Source of the DNA: Lingula anatina
Taxonomy: Eukaryota; Animalia; Brachiopoda
Direction of reading: 5' to 3'
Assembly (NCBI GenBank): GCA_051362555.1
Contig: CM120643.1
Location: forward strand, 8,742,001-8,806,000
DNA: 64,000 nucleotides
Shown here: one piece after another, positions 63,701 to 64,000 of the stretch
Numbering within the stretch: the first letter of the stretch is position 1
Layout of the letters: every line of letters begins with the position of its first letter
The notes under the pieces: generated by a model
Database searches by the model: none
Told to the model about the DNA's origin: nothing
What the model saw: the letters and a program-made list of their open reading frames with translations, nothing else
Program-made: the position numbers and the translations under genes

Positions 63701-64000
63701 AATAGGCTAATTGACATCACCAACAGAAAAAATTAAATTACCATAACATAAGTCTTAGACATTTTTGGTGAAATAGAGTTGTCCACATAATTTGATTGTT
63801 TGACGACGCTTTTATATTTTCCATGGGTAAGGTTACTCCTGATGTGAACTGGACATTTGCCGCGTTATTTGACAGTCAAACTCCACTGACAAACAAAGTA
63901 TGCATAATTCAGTGGCGTACATCAACGCCTTGTCATATACAAATTCGACTTCTAGGTTGGCAGTATTCTTCAACGTGAATCAATAATTTGAGAAACAATA

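Overview
Eukaryotic (animal, probably invertebrate; mollusc-like by repeat content, which is inference) genomic DNA, AT-rich and intron-rich; the ORF track shows only exon fragments. (1) Minus strand 36094 to at least 1872: a giant secreted modular protein gene reconstructed by hand as 55 GT-AG exons (~2,980 aa in the window, probably continuing past the left edge): signal peptide, VWA with intact MIDAS, 3 ShKT domains and 22 VWC-like 10-Cys modules joined by Pro/Asn/Thr/Gly-rich linkers. Every module is a phase 1-2 exon plus a phase 2-1 exon, and a ~0.85 kb exon-intron unit was recently amplified about five times. (2) Plus strand 46288-56545: ADCK5-like UbiB/ABC1 atypical kinase (15 exons, ~597 aa) with an apparent pair of mutually exclusive homologous exons, one fronted by a 42-bp tandem array of its own splice acceptor. 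(3) From 60197: first two exons of another probable secreted-protein gene. The rest is MITEs, Helentron-like elements, mini- and microsatellites. Coordinates were read by eye and may be off by a few bases.
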